DNA of 29,192 nt from a virus (lineage: Duplodnaviria > Heunggongvirae > Uroviricota > Caudoviricetes), in IMG/VR virus record IMGVR_UViG_2728369181_000002, one strand, 5' to 3'. A program made the translations under genes and the position numbers. The notes beneath the pieces were generated by a model that made no database searches, was not told the origin of the DNA, and saw nothing but the letters and a program-made list of their open reading frames with translations. Shown here one piece after another: positions 27,397-29,192 of the stretch (its first letter is position 1; each line of letters starts with the position of its first letter).

Positions 27397-28023
27397 ATGG
27401 AAACGGTTGGTCAGCGTATAAAAGCTCTGAGAAGGGTTACCAGAACGTCCCAGAAAGAATTGGGTAAATTTTGTGGAGTAAGTGACGTTGCTGTGGGGTA
27501 CTGGGAGAAAGACATCAATGTCCCTGGTGGGGAAGCACTTTCAAAATTAGCGAAGTTCTTCAATACGTCAATAGATTACATTCTTTATGGTGCTGAGTTT
27601 GAAGGCAAACTCGTCACAAACATGCGCAGAGTTCCTGTAATCTCGTGGGTGCAGGCTGGGCAGTTTACTGAGTGCAGGACAGCAGAAGTGTTTAGTGAAG
27701 TAGACAAGTGGGTAGATACATCATTAAAGATTGGTGATAACTCATTTGCATTGGAGGTTAAAGGCGACTCCATGACTAACCCTAATGGCCTCCCAACAAT
27801 ACCAGAAGGCGCAACAGTGATTGTAGATCCTGATGCAGAACCCCGGCATGGAAAAATAGTCATCGCTAGACTTGATGGAACAAACGAAGCCACAGTAAAA
27901 AAATTAGTTATCGATGGCCCTCAAAAGTTTTTAGTGCCATTAAATCCCCGGTACCCCAACATCCCGATCAATGGTAATTGCCTCATCATTGGTGTAGTCA
28001 AAGGAGTTCAATACGAACTCTAG
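27397..28023 (+). CDS. CI-like repressor (helix-turn-helix domain plus LexA/S24-type autopeptidase domain)
   Basis: 208-aa ORF with N-terminal HTH (QRIKALRRVTRTSQKELGKFCGVSDVAVGYWEKD) and C-terminal S24-like region (GDSMTNPNGLPTIPEGATVIVDPD...GKIVIARL); no obvious ribosome-binding site, as for PRM-type leaderless transcripts. Confidence 0.85.
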   Translation: METVGQRIKALRRVTRTSQKELGKFCGVSDVAVGYWEKDINVPGGEALSKLAKFFNTSIDYILYGAEFEGKLVTNMRRVPVISWVQAGQFTECRTAEVFSEVDKWVDTSLKIGDNSFALEVKGDSMTNPNGLPTIPEGATVIVDPDAEPRHGKIVIARLDGTNEATVKKLVIDGPQKFLVPLNPRYPNIPINGNCLIIGVVKGVQYEL

Positions 28024-28041
28024 CCCCCCTTTTCTCTAACC

Positions 28042-28073
28042 AAAACACCGAACTAAGAAAAGTTTGGTGTTTT
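28042..28073 (+). terminator. candidate terminator after the repressor gene
   Basis: 13-bp stem AAAACACCGAACT / AGTTTGGTGTTTT (one G-U pair) with 6-nt loop, followed by a T-rich stretch; begins 19 bp after the repressor stop. Confidence 0.45.
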
Positions 28074-28088
28074 CTCTTGCCATTAAAA

Positions 28089-28102
28089 CTAAGTTAAGTT
28101 AG
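28089..28102. promoter_or_regulatory. operator-like site CTAAGTTAAGTTAG (third copy of the CTAAG-N4-NTTAG motif)
   Basis: Same motif and AAAA-flanked context as the site at 27361..27374; sits about 105 bp upstream of the ClpX-ZBD-like gene. Confidence 0.45.
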
Positions 28103-28207
28103 ATTTTATATCAAAGATAACGAACAGGCAGGACGCCCACGAAGTAGCCGCCGGTGGCGTATGAATGACCGGATGATTCGTTAAATACTATGTGTAAGAG
28201 AGCGCAA

Positions 28208-28411
28208 ATGAACCGTTATTTCACATGCTCGTTTTGTGGCGCAAACGAGCTGCGGGCAAAAAAAATCATCGCCAAAGGCGGAAAAGATGAAGTTGCTATC
28301 TGCTCTGAGTGCGTAGTCTTGTGTGTCGGGGCATTAATCAATATCAGCACAACTATTCAGTTCACACCAAATGAGAATGCGCCTTTAGATGCGCGGAAAT
28401 CTGGAGGTTAA
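28208..28411 (+). CDS. ClpX N-terminal zinc-binding-domain-like mini-protein
   Basis: Start placed at ATG 28208, preceded by AAGAGAG; 67 aa, MNRYFTCSFCGANELRAKKIIAKGGKDEVAICSECVVLCVGALI aligns with the C4 zinc-binding domain of ClpX (CSFCGK...VYICDECVDLC) as recalled; no AAA+ ATPase domain follows. Confidence 0.55.
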   Translation: MNRYFTCSFCGANELRAKKIIAKGGKDEVAICSECVVLCVGALINISTTIQFTPNENAPLDARKSGG

Positions 28412-28500
28412 AGAACAAAATGAAAGTCCAGATTTTAAACAATAACTGTGAAGTCGTTTGGGCGTAAAACATGACCGCGCGTAGACCAAGGGAGGGAAAA

Positions 28501-28677
28501 GTGGGAATAGTTAGAAATCAAGCAGATATATTGAAAATCAGCTCTGAATTGCTTGGAGTTTTGAAAAGTGAGCTCACCGCACATGGCATCGAGCCCACTG
28601 ACGAAAATTTAAGTTGGGTTTTGTCGATTATTCAACAATCACTCAAGCCCAGCCTCAGCAAACTTTTTATCGAGTAG
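28501..28677 (+). CDS. hypothetical small protein
   Basis: GTG at 28501 preceded by GGGAGGG at 4-nt spacing; 58 aa; AT-rich; its 3' end overlaps a convergent small ORF. Confidence 0.35.
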   Translation: MGIVRNQADILKISSELLGVLKSELTAHGIEPTDENLSWVLSIIQQSLKPSLSKLFIE

Positions 28678-28830
28678 TGCTTCGAACTTATCGTAAAGCT
28701 TGCTTATGTCGTCTATCGGGTTTTCTGACGTACTGTAATTTTTATCTGATGTCATGGCAGCAGTCTGATATGCAGTGTGAGTCTTAACCGATAGTTGGAA
28801 TAAATAAAGAATTTTTTCTTCTTTGGTCAT
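28639..28830 (-). CDS. hypothetical small protein
   Basis: ATG at 28830..28828 preceded by AAGGAAA (MTKEEKILYLFQLSVKTHTAYQ...); 63 aa; AT-rich; convergent with and overlapping the 28501..28677 ORF. Confidence 0.35.
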   Translation of the reverse strand: MTKEEKILYLFQLSVKTHTAYQTAAMTSDKNYSTSENPIDDISKLYDKFEALLDKKFAEAGLE

Positions 28831-29192
28831 AACTATTTCCTTCTTGGCTATATGAAAACACCAAGATACCACCGAGCCTGAAGTGGTGAAAAGACAGGCA
28901 CATAACAGCTAAGTATTTTCAACCAGAGAGAATCCTTAGCGTTGTGGTGAATGCGGCTCAGCGCACGCGGGTTAAGGTTGAGGCTGACAGTCGACCTTCT
29001 GTGGATACCCACCCGCCTGGTGTGCAACCTTCGCCAGGCACCGGGAGGCACCCGGCACCACAACTTTATGCTGTGTGTAGTCCTGGCGGTACCAGCTTGT
29101 ACCATTGCTTCCGGCTGGTACCGCTCTTTTTACAAAACAGAGAAGAGCATCACCGGACGACGGGCTCATAACCCAATCCATCCGGGCGGCTG

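Noticed and set aside
27585-27893. Minus-strand 102-aa ORF
   Set aside because: It lies antisense inside the well-supported CI-like repressor gene; no start signals.
28420-28467. 15-codon ORF after the ClpX-ZBD-like gene (MKVQILNNNCEVVWA)
   Set aside because: Too short, and the nearest GGAGG is 12 nt from the ATG; insufficient evidence for a real gene, though a leader peptide cannot be excluded.
28940-29192. Idea that the GC-rich structured region is a hok/sok-type type I toxin locus or a retron msr/msd
   Set aside because: No small ORF with a Hok-like hydrophobic toxin sequence is present, and no flanking a1/a2 inverted repeats or adjacent reverse transcriptase gene are visible within the window. 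It is kept only as an unexplained structured region.
1-29192. Search for tRNA, rRNA, CRISPR arrays, integrase, attachment sites or IS elements
   Set aside because: No cloverleaf-like sequences, regularly spaced short repeats with spacers, or recombinase or transposase-like ORFs were seen. The integration module is presumably outside the window beyond 29192.

Overview
The window is an almost complete, mosaic temperate-phage (prophage) genome segment from an enterobacterial host. Nearly every gene lies on the minus strand; only the CI-like repressor and a few small genes beyond it are on the plus strand. Reading the minus strand from high to low coordinates: a Cro-like/CI-like immunity switch with repeated CTAAG-N4-NTTAG operator motifs; a replication module whose O-like initiator gene contains about six 23-bp iterons; a nin-like region (PerC-like regulator, N6-adenine methyltransferase, RusA, KilA-N protein, DUF968 protein); a Q-like antiterminator followed by a candidate pR'/tR' pair; a lysis cassette (two holin-like proteins, GH19-type endolysin, overlapping Rz/Rz1 spanins); an HNH endonuclease with small and large terminase; an HK97-type head module (portal, prohead protease, major capsid protein); and a Mu/P2-like contractile tail module (sheath, tube, frameshifting chaperone, tape measure, baseplate, start of a tail fibre running off the window at position 1). 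Several AT-rich accessory genes (morons) interrupt this backbone, and the region downstream of the repressor holds a ClpX zinc-binding-domain-like mini-protein, two small convergent ORFs and a GC-rich, hairpin-dense segment at the window edge. Two runs of N (17877..17962 and 23045..23137) are assembly gaps. No tRNA, rRNA, CRISPR array, integrase or transposase was found. All functional calls rest on reading the translated ORFs and the DNA by eye, without database searches, so family names are recollections to be confirmed.
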